Below, one piece after another: positions 19,037 through 28,541 of a DNA stretch of 64,000 nt (within the stretch, counting starts at the first letter, position 1; every line of letters starts with the position of its first letter). The stretch comes from Burkholderiaceae bacterium. Lineage in GTDB: Bacteria > Pseudomonadota > Gammaproteobacteria > Burkholderiales > Burkholderiaceae_C. The notes below the pieces were generated by a model. That model had not been told where the DNA came from. It made no database searches and saw nothing but the letters and a program-made list of their open reading frames with translations. Where the stretch lies: NCBI GenBank assembly GCA_040382935.1, contig JBEIEP010000015.1:213-64212 (forward strand), written 5' to 3'. The translations under genes were made by a program, and so were the position numbers.

Positions 19037-19684
19037 TTACGTTTTCACAACCAACTCAAACTGTGCATGCAGTTCCTGGCCTTTGGCCACAAAAGGACGC
19101 GTCAAAACGGCGCGCTCTTCTGTGTTCAGTCTGCGCCAAATGCTGTCCTTGGCGTTCTCAGGATGGCCCTCGATATAGAACTGTGTGGTTAACAGTGTTT
19201 TGCGCCCTAGCTTCACTTTGACATGAATATGCGGCGTGCGTCCCACGTAAGTTCCGGGATGGATGGTGCGAAATTGGAAGCGGCCATCGGCGGCGACTTG
19301 GACTCGACCAAAACCTTGAAACTCTTTATGCGCCTTATTTCCGTCGCCAGAATGATGATAGTTGCCTTTGTGGTCACATTGCCAAATTTCCACCACGGCG
19401 TTTGGCAGCGGTTTGCCATGGATGTCGTAAACGACTCCACCAACCAAAGCGATTTGACCCTTGTCGTAAACGGCTGAGCCGCTTTTGACCAAGTCCCAAT
19501 CGTTGTCGGCCGGGATAGCTTCGGGGTAAAAAGGCCCTTCGGGTTGGCTAGGGGTACGCCGCAAGGTTTTGGCTTCGCTTACCGATGGGGTTAACGCCAT
19601 TTGGCCCACCACAGCTCCCACCGCCAGCGCTGAAACACCAGTGACAAGGGTGCGGCGAGAAAGATTCAATTTTTGACTCAGCAT
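19037..19684 (-). CDS. Intradiol ring-cleavage dioxygenase family protein with Tat signal
   Basis: MLSQKLNLSRRTLVTGVSALAVG carries the twin-arginine motif. The iron-ligand region GRTPHIHVKV is present. The ATG at 19684 is preceded by AAGGA. Confidence 0.75.
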   Translation of the reverse strand: MLSQKLNLSRRTLVTGVSALAVGAVVGQMALTPSVSEAKTLRRTPSQPEGPFYPEAIPADNDWDLVKSGSAVYDKGQIALVGGVVYDIHGKPLPNAVVEIWQCDHKGNYHHSGDGNKAHKEFQGFGRVQVAADGRFQFRTIHPGTYVGRTPHIHVKVKLGRKTLLTTQFYIEGHPENAKDSIWRRLNTEERAVLTRPFVAKGQELHAQFELVVKT

Positions 19685-20038
19685 AGGTCCTTGGTAGTAA
19701 ATCAACGGCCCAACATGCGGTTGCTTAGGTTTGGAAAGGCCAGCGGCAACTTTAGGCGAGAACTATTCGGGCCGCAACCTGTCTGTACAAAATTTAACGT
19801 TTTACTGGTACCCGACATTTCAATGGAAGGATGTCGTAGGATGGTGCAGGACACTCGTTACGGACGATGCAGACATGCAAAACGGTGTGATCTAGAGCAT
19901 CACGGTCGTATTTGTAAACTCGTGCTCACCCATCCATCTTGTCGAAAAAGACAGCAAAGACAGCCAGAACAACGGCTTGAGGTTCGCCCATAGCACGGCA
20001 CCACTCACACTTTTGAAAGGCCTCTAGACGGGTACGGT

Positions 20039-20200
20039 TCATGGTGCAACAAACTGAGCAGCTCGATGACTGCCATCGCAATAAGGTTTGTTCTTCGAGT
20101 GCCCGCACCGGCAGAGCGTTGCACGTGGACAAGCTTGCGTTTCGCCATGAATTTGCAGATCGGCTTCTATCGCCAAGGGACCACTTTCACGAATGCGCAC
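20039..20200 (-). CDS. Small CDGSH iron-sulfur domain protein (below the ORF-track size cut-off)
   Basis: My own translation of the minus strand gives (V)RIRESGPLAIEADLQIHGETQACPRATLCRCGHSKNKPYCDGSHRAAQFVAP*. The CxCx2Sx3PxCDGSH signature is exact. The start is GTG at 20200 or TTG at 20212, and I saw no clear SD. Confidence 0.55.
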   Translation of the reverse strand: MRIRESGPLAIEADLQIHGETQACPRATLCRCGHSKNKPYCDGSHRAAQFVAP

Positions 20201-20308
20201 GGTATTGACCAATGGTGCCGCATCAGAATTTGGCAGCCCTTCCCTGTTGGCATGCCGAATCGCACCCTAAGGGCATAAACCTTGTCTCCAATTATTGACT
20301 TAAGGGGA

Positions 20309-21907
20309 TCACGACGCAGTTCGGATCAGACAGGCCGCCCGTTCGGCCAACATCACCGTGGGAGCCATCGTATGACCACGTATCAGGGATGGAAAGACTG
20401 AAGCGTCAACGACCCTGAGTCCACTCACGCCTTTTACCCTCAGTTCAGGATCCACTACCGCTAAGGGGTCGTTCCTTGCACCCATGCGCGCTGTTCCAAC
20501 CGGATGAAATGCGATGCCTGCATCTTTACGGATCCAAGCCTCTAAGGTTTCATTGGATGCCGCCATCTCCGGATACAACTCGTTGGTATAGGGTTGCAAT
20601 GCATCGGTCGCCGCGATTTTCTGGGCTGCGCGCAGGCCCTCCATCAAGGCCAACACATCATCCCTGTTACTCAGATAAGCGGGGTCAATTTTTGGGGCTA
20701 CATTGGGATTATTGGACTCCAAGCGCACACTGCCGCGGCTTTGAGGTTGCAACAAGATGACGGCAATCGTGTAACCCGAGCGCGACGCGGCATCAGGCAC
20801 ATGATCAAAAACGCCTTGCGATGTGTCCGGGTTGTACTGAAACATCAGTTCAACATCTGGCCCTTTGGACGTAGACCGCGTGCGCACAAAACCCACACCG
20901 TTTTGAGCCCAATAGCTGGCGGGTCCCGTGCGGTCTTTGCGCCACTGCTCCATCTCCTGCGGGCCAGCCCAATAGGGATACGAAACGTTCACGCCCGCTG
21001 GTGCAAGCCCTCTTATTGAGACCACAACGTGGTCTTGCAAATTGGCTCCTACTCCTGGGGCATCAACGACGCAAGCAATGCCAAGCTCCCCCAAATGGTC
21101 GGCAGCCCCAATGCCCGAAAGCATCAAGAGTTGCGGCGTATTGAAAGCGCCAGCGCACAAGATCACTTCGCGGCGTGCCTCCAACACCTGCTCAATCCCA
21201 GACTGCGAGTAAGTAACGCCACAGGCGCGCCCAGCTTCTATATTGACTTTGGTGACCATCGCCTCGGTAACAATGTGCAAATTGGGGCGCGCTCTTGTAG
21301 CGGCATCCAAATAGGCGTCCGCTGGCGTTCTTCTCTCACCTTCAGGAAACAAAGTCTGGTACCTGTCGGCAACGTAAGGGGTGGCCCCATTGGCGTCGCC
21401 CCTATCGCCATACCCCGCTTGGGTAAATGCTTGAAGCAGCGTGTCAGAGAAAGTCGTGGGCGTTGGAAGGTCTTGCATGCGCAAAGGCCCACCTTGTCCG
21501 CGCCACTGATTGGGACCACGATCTGTATCTTCAATGGATTGAAAGATATCAAGCGCAGCCTGCCAATTCCAACCCGTTGCACCGGCAGCCTCCCAAGCAT
21601 CGTAGTCTGCAGGGCAACCCCTGAGCCACGCGCCAACGTTGATCGCCGTAGAGCCGCCCATGACCCGACCACGCGGCTGGTCAATCGACCGCCCACCCAA
21701 GCTTGGCTGGGGCGTGGAGCGGTACATCCAATTCATGTCGCTACCCCATGTGTGGAAGAAAGCACCTTGCATACGACCAACGTCGTTTGTGTTTTCTTTT
21801 CCAGCCTCAAGCAGCGCGACTTGAACCTGCGGATCCTCACTCAGTCTCGCGGCAAGTACCGGACCCGCCGCGCCAGCGCCAACAATGATGTAGTCGAACT
21901 GATTCAT
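20309..21907 (-). CDS. GMC-family FAD oxidoreductase (choline dehydrogenase-like)
   Basis: Starts MNQFDYIIVGAGAAGPVLAARLSED. Also contains GGSTAINVGAW and the C-terminal FHPVGTARMG...DASVFPSLIRGHT. Confidence 0.9.
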   Translation of the reverse strand: MNQFDYIIVGAGAAGPVLAARLSEDPQVQVALLEAGKENTNDVGRMQGAFFHTWGSDMNWMYRSTPQPSLGGRSIDQPRGRVMGGSTAINVGAWLRGCPADYDAWEAAGATGWNWQAALDIFQSIEDTDRGPNQWRGQGGPLRMQDLPTPTTFSDTLLQAFTQAGYGDRGDANGATPYVADRYQTLFPEGERRTPADAYLDAATRARPNLHIVTEAMVTKVNIEAGRACGVTYSQSGIEQVLEARREVILCAGAFNTPQLLMLSGIGAADHLGELGIACVVDAPGVGANLQDHVVVSIRGLAPAGVNVSYPYWAGPQEMEQWRKDRTGPASYWAQNGVGFVRTRSTSKGPDVELMFQYNPDTSQGVFDHVPDAASRSGYTIAVILLQPQSRGSVRLESNNPNVAPKIDPAYLSNRDDVLALMEGLRAAQKIAATDALQPYTNELYPEMAASNETLEAWIRKDAGIAFHPVGTARMGARNDPLAVVDPELRVKGVSGLRVVDASVFPSLIRGHTMAPTVMLAERAACLIRTAS

Positions 21908-21922
21908 GGGGAGCACCTATGC

Positions 21923-22690
21923 TTAGAAACCAAACTTACCGTTTGCGTTTTTCCACTCTGCGCGCGGTAGGATGGTTTCGATAACGTCCCAGTGCTCGAC
22001 GATCTTTCCGGCTGACACGCGAAACAGGTCATAGAAAGCCGAGTGTTTGCCTGCAAATTCGCCTTCGCTGACGGCCAACACAAAATTACCTTCACCCAAG
22101 ACTTTGTGCACTTCGTTGTATTTCATCGTCACACCCGCTTTGGCCATGGCGGCCAGCGCCTCGGATAAGCCCCCTAGCCCATCGGCAATGGCAGGGTTGT
22201 GCTGCGTGTAGTTGTTGGCGTCAATGTAGTGAGGCAATTTGTCGTACTTTGCATTCAGCAAAATATCACTCACAAAAGCGCTCACAAGCGTTTTGTTGGC
22301 CTGGGTCTTATCCAAATCACTGACCTCAGTGGGGCCATCAATCATGCTGTGACCGGACGGGTTGGGCTGGGTGGGCTTGTCTTGCAAGTTGTCCCAGTGC
22401 TCAACCACTAAACCGTTTTCTAAGCGAAAAATATCAAAACCAATCTTGAGGCCGAAAAAGTTGTAGTCGGTGTGGACCACCACATATTGGCCATCTTGGA
22501 ACACCCGCACTGGGCTCGCCTTGATGGATCCTTGAGCCGCTTGCAGCACAGCGCCTAAACCCGCCAGACCATCGCCCACACCTACGTTATGCTGAATATA
22601 TTTGTCTGCGTTAACGACTTTAACTGCCTCGGAATCGCCGGTTTCTAGGCTTTTAACTAAGGCGACGATCTGTTGTTTAGTTTGCGACAT
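21923..22690 (-). CDS. Tandem SnoaL-like/NTF2-fold protein
   Basis: Internal duplication: both halves contain KYIQHN/NYTQHN ... GDGL/ADGL ... VEHWD. Confidence 0.6.
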   Translation of the reverse strand: MSQTKQQIVALVKSLETGDSEAVKVVNADKYIQHNVGVGDGLAGLGAVLQAAQGSIKASPVRVFQDGQYVVVHTDYNFFGLKIGFDIFRLENGLVVEHWDNLQDKPTQPNPSGHSMIDGPTEVSDLDKTQANKTLVSAFVSDILLNAKYDKLPHYIDANNYTQHNPAIADGLGGLSEALAAMAKAGVTMKYNEVHKVLGEGNFVLAVSEGEFAGKHSAFYDLFRVSAGKIVEHWDVIETILPRAEWKNANGKFGF

Positions 22691-22834
22691 GGTGATGTTT
22701 CCTTTGGATTGGTTGGTGCCGTCGCTTTAGAGGCAATGACGTGATTTGGAAGCGCTAGTTTCATGTTTTTGACTTTTTATACAAGGTAAAAATCCGCCAA
22801 AAAATGGTCAAAATCATGCATTGCTAAAACTTAG

Positions 22835-23095
22835 CCCTGCCGGGAGCTAGGCGTCAGCAGCGCGACGTTCTACAAGTGGCGCGCCAGGTATGGCGGTATG
22901 GACACCTCGATGATGGCCAGGATGAAAGAGCAGGAGGATGAGAACCGGCGCTTGCGCAAGCGCTACATGGACGAGAAGCTCAAAGCCGAGATCGTTGCCC
23001 AGGCCTTGGCAAAAAAGTGGTGAGGCCGTCTCGACGGCGCGAGATGGCCTGTGAATCGGTCAAACCGCGTGGGGTTGGCATCACGCTAGCCTGTA
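22835..23095 (+). mobile_element. Truncated IS3-family transposase relic (orfA C-terminus, frameshift site, first codons of orfB)
   Basis: Frame 1 reads RELGVSSATFYKWRARYGGMDTSMMARMKEQEDENRRLRKRYMDEKLKAEIVAQALAKKW*. The slippery A AAA AAG is at 23011-23017. The -1 frame continues KKVVRPSRRREMA...GVGITLAC. There is no start, no DDE domain and no inverted repeats. Confidence 0.7.
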
Positions 23096-23923
23096 CAAAC
23101 TTTCGCCTCCGGCCAGTCTCAGTACAAAGAATGCCAAAATTTCATCACGCGCCGCCAGCGTGGGCTGGCCCTCCTCGTCAATCAAATGTGCGGTCACCAC
23201 GCTGTGCGGCGTGGTGACATGGCGCGCGAAGAATGGGGCGAGGTCTTTGTTAGCGGCTGTATCGGGCAGCACACGCGCCACAAACCTCTGCCCCAGAGCC
23301 GTGTTGTAAGCAGCAAACCGCTCGGCCTTGCAAAATTTATCACCTTCAAAGCGATAGGCCAGCACGCTTAAATCATCGCGATCCAATCGCTGCCTCACGT
23401 TCACCAAGTCTTCTGGAGATATTTCCAAACCGCCAGGCTGATCAAGCGGCAATGAAGGCTGGCACACAACAGGTGCAATCACAGAGGACTCAAGCATCAT
23501 GGTGAGTGCAAAGTTGCCCGTAAAGCACATGCCAATCGCACCCACACCAGCGCCGCCGCACTCTTGATGCGCTTCTCGCGCCAATGCACGCAACCATTGC
23601 GTCACCGGGCTGGATTTACCGCCACCCAAGACGCGAAACTCTTTACTGATGCACGCACGCTGAAAAATCGTCGCGCCTTCATCGGCCTGCGGCACCGCAC
23701 CATCTCGACCAAACAATGAAGGCATGTACACCGTGAACCCTGCATCACGCACCCAGCGCGCAAAGCGCGCCACATGTGGGCTGATACCTGGCATCTCCGT
23801 CATCACGATCACTGCGGGGCCATTGCCTGCGACGTACACCCTTTTGCTTGCCCCCTCAAAGGTAATGGCTCGCGCAGTGAAGTCGTCTAACGGATCGTCT
23901 CGCTGCATATTGTGTTGGGTCAT
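23081..23923 (-). CDS. Dienelactone hydrolase family protein
   Basis: Alpha/beta hydrolase with the Cys nucleophile motif GAIGMCFTGNFAL. Confidence 0.8.
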   Translation of the reverse strand: MTQHNMQRDDPLDDFTARAITFEGASKRVYVAGNGPAVIVMTEMPGISPHVARFARWVRDAGFTVYMPSLFGRDGAVPQADEGATIFQRACISKEFRVLGGGKSSPVTQWLRALAREAHQECGGAGVGAIGMCFTGNFALTMMLESSVIAPVVCQPSLPLDQPGGLEISPEDLVNVRQRLDRDDLSVLAYRFEGDKFCKAERFAAYNTALGQRFVARVLPDTAANKDLAPFFARHVTTPHSVVTAHLIDEEGQPTLAARDEILAFFVLRLAGGESLYRLA

Positions 23924-23935
23924 GATGATTGCACC

Positions 23936-24388
23936 TTAGCCAATCAAGCTTTGCAAATGCGCATAGCCCGCCGCTTTCGCAAAATCCGGCAAGCGCCAGA
24001 TCGAACCGTTACCACCCCACTGGCCCTCGGGAATTTCATGCAAGATCACCGAGGTGGCTATTTGCCGCTTGTCATCGGCAGCCAGCGTTGAGGCAAATGC
24101 GGCATGTACCGTGTTGACATACTGAGCTCGCGCTGCACCATCGAGTACACCTGCTGGCAGATACACCATGGCAATGCACGGGATGACATGCTGCGTGGTG
24201 TCCATGCCACCACATGTGAATAAGCCATGAGCCACCTCGTCGACTGTAATCCAACTCAGGAAGCGCTTTTTCATTTCAGCAGGCATTTGCTCAGCGACTG
24301 AAGCTGCCTCGGTAATGGTTTCAGTTAGTTTGCGCAGCTGCGCGGGTGGAAAAACGCCTTGCGGCACTTTAATCAAAATATTAGGCAT
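23936..24388 (-). CDS. Tautomerase-superfamily protein (4-OT-like, long form)
   Basis: The start MPNILIKVPQGVF gives the catalytic Pro1. The ORF-track start at 24418 would bury it. Confidence 0.65.
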   Translation of the reverse strand: MPNILIKVPQGVFPPAQLRKLTETITEAASVAEQMPAEMKKRFLSWITVDEVAHGLFTCGGMDTTQHVIPCIAMVYLPAGVLDGAARAQYVNTVHAAFASTLAADDKRQIATSVILHEIPEGQWGGNGSIWRLPDFAKAAGYAHLQSLIG

Positions 24389-24500
24389 CAAAATTTCCTT
24401 GAGTGAATAAGCCTTCATTGAAATTCATTCTTCGAATTTATCGCAGTGTCTATAATGACATTAATCAGGCTTTTTTAGACAATCACAGATTCGACGTGTC

Positions 24501-25481
24501 ATGACAAAATTCAATATTTTGGTGCTCCAAGATGCCTACGCATCCAGCGTGGCGCTCACCCTCGATATTCTTTCGGCAGCCGCTTTCATAGCGTCTCAAC
24601 AAAAGCTCATCGCACCGCAGTACAAGCTTTACAGCTTCCAGGGAGGAGAAATTACGCTGTCCAACGGTATGAGGCTGACCACACACTCTTTTGCGCGCAA
24701 ACGGTTGAACAAAGATGAAATATGGCTCGTCCCCGGCATTGGCATCAGCTCAGCTTTGCAGGCAAGTGCTCGCCTCGCGCAGCCTGACGCGCAATCTGCT
24801 GTCGCACTATTGAAAAAGGCGAACCAAGCAGGCTGCCGCATGGCCGCCTCATGCTCGGCCGTCCTGCTCTTGCAGCAAGCGGGCTTGCTCGTGAATAAGC
24901 GTGTGACCACGGCTTGGTGGCTAGCGCCGCTCTTACAGCAGCGCGAGAGTAGCTGCCAGATCGATGCCAATCGCATGATCGTGAGCGATGGGCGCTTGGT
25001 GACTGCTGGCGCTGCTTTGGCGCAATCGGATTTGATGCTGTATTTGCTGCGCGAGCACTCCGGCATCAAGCTAGCTGACGCTGTGGCGCGGGTGCTCTTG
25101 ATCGACAAGCGCCAAAGTCAAGCGCCTTTCATCGTGCCACAAGCATATGCTAGTGGCAACCAATTGGTCGCGCAATTGAGCGCGCGCTTAGAGGCTGCAC
25201 TGCCCGAGCCGCCCAGCATGCAGACGCTCGCGCAAGAGATGTGCATGTCGGAGCGCACATTGGCCAGACACGTCCGCGCTGCCACAGGCCGCGCACCGCT
25301 AGCCATGCTGCAAAGCATTCGTATCCACAGGGCCCAAGCCCTGCTACAAAACAGCCGCCTCTCAGTCGATGAAATCGCCGCCCGCGTTGGCTACCAAGAT
25401 GCTACTGCGTTACGTAGACTACTCAAAACAACAATGCAATCCACGCCCCGTCAAATCCGCCGGCATACAGATCTGCGCTGA
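24501..25481 (+). CDS. AraC-family regulator with DJ-1/PfpI-like N-terminal domain (GlxA type)
   Basis: The N-terminal part is class I GATase-like. The C-terminal part has MQTLAQEMCMSERTLARHV...VDEIAARVGYQDATALRRLL (two HTH motifs). Confidence 0.85.
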   Translation: MTKFNILVLQDAYASSVALTLDILSAAAFIASQQKLIAPQYKLYSFQGGEITLSNGMRLTTHSFARKRLNKDEIWLVPGIGISSALQASARLAQPDAQSAVALLKKANQAGCRMAASCSAVLLLQQAGLLVNKRVTTAWWLAPLLQQRESSCQIDANRMIVSDGRLVTAGAALAQSDLMLYLLREHSGIKLADAVARVLLIDKRQSQAPFIVPQAYASGNQLVAQLSARLEAALPEPPSMQTLAQEMCMSERTLARHVRAATGRAPLAMLQSIRIHRAQALLQNSRLSVDEIAARVGYQDATALRRLLKTTMQSTPRQIRRHTDLR

Positions 25482-25734
25482 TCCCCCCTGTGCCAGAATG
25501 ACTTGCTGCACCTACCCCAGTTAGTTTAGAGAACCATGAGGTAGGTATGAAGATCAACAAACAACCCAAGGCACAAATGCATGCAGCCGCAGATTTAGTC
25601 GATACAGGCGAATCGCAAGAAGCCCGAAGTGAACATCACCCCATTCGGCGGCACCAACCAACGGCTCAGTCTCAGGTCAAAATGTTACCCGGATTTGAAC
25701 CACGCCAAAAGTCTCATGCCTGAATGGGAAATGA

Positions 25735-26394
25735 CTACCCAGTCATAAGAATAGTTGGCAGCAAATTCATATTAGAAAAGACAGCCACGGTCGCGGAACT
25801 TTGAATCTCGTCTTCGGCATCATCTTGGACGGCTGGTTCTGGCCTAAACCAGAACGGTTTCATGCAAGCCCGTTGTGCTGCGACTATCCCTATGGCGCTG
25901 TCCTCAACGACTGCGCAACTTGCGGGGTCAACGCCCATATCACGAGCAGCGAAGAGAAATAGGCCAGGCTCGGGCTTCCAAGAGTTCACGACGTAGGAAC
26001 TGAATATCCTGTTGCCAAAATAGTGCGCAAGACCCGTTACCCTCAACGCTTGCCGGATCTTCTCCGGTGGACCGCTAGATGCAACGCACACTGGCAGAGT
26101 GATCGCATCTAACGCTTGCTTAACACCGGGAATGGGGACTAGTTGGCGTTCGAACAATTCGCTGACACGTTGGCGATACCGGTCAACAAATTTCTTGTCA
26201 ATGCGGCGACCATGTGTCGTCTCCATAACTTCTAGAATTCGGTCTAGCTTTGCGCCCCGGAACCGCTTCCTCATGTCGTCGGCTGATTCACGAATCCCAA
26301 TGTCTTCGAGCTCCTTTTGCATTGCCTGGTGGCCGAGAAACTCACTGTCGACGAGAGTTCCGTCAAGATCGAAAATTACGCATCGACAAGGCAT
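25735..26394 (-). CDS. HAD-IA family hydrolase/phosphatase
   Basis: Contains VIFDLDGTLVDSE (motif I), VCVASSG (motif II) and VEDSAIGIVAA (motif IV). Its GC is lower than in the core genes. Confidence 0.8.
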   Translation of the reverse strand: MPCRCVIFDLDGTLVDSEFLGHQAMQKELEDIGIRESADDMRKRFRGAKLDRILEVMETTHGRRIDKKFVDRYRQRVSELFERQLVPIPGVKQALDAITLPVCVASSGPPEKIRQALRVTGLAHYFGNRIFSSYVVNSWKPEPGLFLFAARDMGVDPASCAVVEDSAIGIVAAQRACMKPFWFRPEPAVQDDAEDEIQSSATVAVFSNMNLLPTILMTG

Positions 26395-26510
26395 GGATTT
26401 TCCTCAATAGGCGAGCATCTGAGCAGAACACTGATCGATTGTGCAACTCCGTTGACGCCCCCAGCTTCGCCGTCAACAACGTCCCATTTGCGACTAAATG
26501 CCTCTTCCCG

Positions 26511-26528
26511 TTACTCCCACTCAATTGT
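26511..26528 (-). repeat. Third, short copy of the guaA 3' terminus (att-like core)
   Basis: ttactcccactcaattgt matches tcactcccactcaatcgt at 32799-32816 at 16 of 18 positions, in the same orientation. Its reverse complement encodes TIEWE* like GuaA. It sits at the left edge of the low-GC block. Confidence 0.5.
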
Positions 26529-26974
26529 CAACCCGCAAGAAAAGTTGAATTTCATCACACCGTGTCGCACTTGGTTGGACAGTGGCTACTGATTGTGCAA
26601 GGTCGTCCATACCGTCAGCTTTACCGTCGGGAAAAACCAGACTAAATTTTGGCCGTTCGTCGCCTGCAAGCGAAATGCTGTTTTCAACCACCAATGGGTT
26701 TAATGGAAAGAAAATTATGCCAGCATCTCACGCACGCATCAATCAAATCCCTACCCTGCAAAGCAGAAGACTACGATATCGACCTCCATAAAAAAAAGCG
26801 AGACGATGCAGCAAAAAGTGTGGCACGATCTGTCGAAACTTCACTGATTTTCGAACGCCTGAATCACCTGTTCTTCCTGATCATCTCAAGGAGTTAGCAT
26901 GCATTGAACACATGTTTGCTTCCTGAGCCCCAAATGAATTACTCAAGTACGTAGCGAGCAATCAAGCCGCAGCC

Positions 26975-28516
26975 TTAAAGCTTAGTAAGCCCCGCAATTA
27001 TTGCTGTGACGCATTTTTGTTGCTGAATGGGCGACAAATTCGCGCGCAAAAGACGGTAATGGAACACTGCTAAAGCATAATAGTAATTTTGGAAAGATTC
27101 ATTGGGAAAATTTGCCTTTGCCAAGCCCCTTATTGTTTGAATAATTTCAAAAGATTCAGATTTTGCATGTGCGACTGATTGTCCTGCTTGGATTTCATCC
27201 TCCAAGTAGTGCAGCCAATTAGAAGGTTCTGTCGACTTTCCAAAAAGTCGAATGCTTGACTCCATTGTTACAAAGTCCTCAAACACATGTCCACGCCCAG
27301 TCTCTTGAAAATCTATAAATATGACGTCCTCCAATTTCGAGACGATGACGTTGTTGGAGTTAAGATCACCATGGCATATGCAGGAAAGATAGCGATCCAT
27401 CGGCGTACCAAATAACCGCGCGTGCGGTTCGACTACAACGATACCTGCGACGGCCAGTCTTTTTCCCTGCACAATAGCCCGAAATGTATCTGAGGCCACG
27501 CGATTAAAAACTAAAGCACTCGTGGCTTTCGCCTCAGCTCCACTAAAGTACCGCTTTGAATAATGCTCAACTATATTTGTGGATGATTCTATTAACTCCT
27601 CGCCGTACCATCGGCGCATATTAGGACTAAAAATTCTCTCGATTACTTTTCTAACAACATCAAAACTTCCCGTTTCAAGAAAATAAGTAAGAGAATTGAA
27701 ATCAACACCGGAGTCACCCTGAATAAACGAATATGCAACAGCACCGAGACTTTTTGTTTCTCCGCTTCCAAGTAAATCAACCCGCCACTTATACGGCAGC
27801 CCCCATTTTACGAATTTGTTGTAATTATTGAGTTCTGACGCAGCCCACTCTCGTTCTGATACTTTGAGCACTGCTGGAACAGATTCGAGTTTGCTTTTGC
27901 TGTTAAATGTGTTGAACTTATAAACCTTGCTCCCACTGAATCCGCCCGCAAGTTTACTTATGCGGACAGTATCAGGGGTGATCTGCGTATCAGAGTCATG
28001 TCCGGTGAACGTGATCTGAGCAAGAAGTGAATTAAATTCTCTAAGCTGACCTTTTGATTTAAAGTCATCGTGGTAAGCGGTCCCGGATTCTTCTATTTTG
28101 AGAATAGTATTGATCCGAAAACGAGAAGCGAATTGCTGGGCGCAAATCTCGATGTACGGTTTGTTTTTACCAATCAGTTCTCCTTTATCAAAAAACATAT
28201 CGAAAAATGCTTTTTTAGCAAAGACATTTCTCGGTGAATATTCTGAACCTGACGCAAGAATGCGAAAGATGTCTGGATACTCCGTGCGGAGGGTTTTTAG
28301 GATTAACAGTCCATCCGCTACTTGCCCAAGGGACATATCGCATATGACAACATGTGGCCAATTTTTATCTATCTCTTTACGAGCCTCGCCTTCTGATGTT
28401 GTCAAGGCAAAAGTTGCGTTGTATCCAGCCAAGTTAAAAATCTCTTGGTAGCTACTTTCCAATTTTCTCGCTAAATCGATGCTTGACTCGACTATTAAAA
28501 CTTTAACTGGTTTCAT
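26975..28516 (-). CDS. Receiver (REC) domain fused to a protein-kinase-like/APH-type phosphotransferase domain
   Basis: REC features: KVLIVESS, phospho-acceptor D60 in VVICDMS, ILASGS and FDKG. Kinase-like features: G-loop GGFSGSKVY, AVLKV, catalytic HGDLNSNN and IDFQETG. GGAG precedes the ATG. Confidence 0.75.
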   Translation of the reverse strand: MKPVKVLIVESSIDLARKLESSYQEIFNLAGYNATFALTTSEGEARKEIDKNWPHVVICDMSLGQVADGLLILKTLRTEYPDIFRILASGSEYSPRNVFAKKAFFDMFFDKGELIGKNKPYIEICAQQFASRFRINTILKIEESGTAYHDDFKSKGQLREFNSLLAQITFTGHDSDTQITPDTVRISKLAGGFSGSKVYKFNTFNSKSKLESVPAVLKVSEREWAASELNNYNKFVKWGLPYKWRVDLLGSGETKSLGAVAYSFIQGDSGVDFNSLTYFLETGSFDVVRKVIERIFSPNMRRWYGEELIESSTNIVEHYSKRYFSGAEAKATSALVFNRVASDTFRAIVQGKRLAVAGIVVVEPHARLFGTPMDRYLSCICHGDLNSNNVIVSKLEDVIFIDFQETGRGHVFEDFVTMESSIRLFGKSTEPSNWLHYLEDEIQAGQSVAHAKSESFEIIQTIRGLAKANFPNESFQNYYYALAVFHYRLLRANLSPIQQQKCVTAIIAGLTKL

Positions 28517-28541
28517 TCTTCGGCTCCAAATTTTTACAGCG

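Noticed and set aside
26521-26974. Search for a third gene (buffer receiver, integrase) between the REC-kinase gene and the left att-like copy
   Set aside because: All frames are broken by stops. The longest is a 57-codon TTG-initiated ORF (26521-26694, …ISLAGDERPKFSLVFPDGKADGMDD…) with no motif I recognise. It may be a gene remnant, but that cannot be supported.
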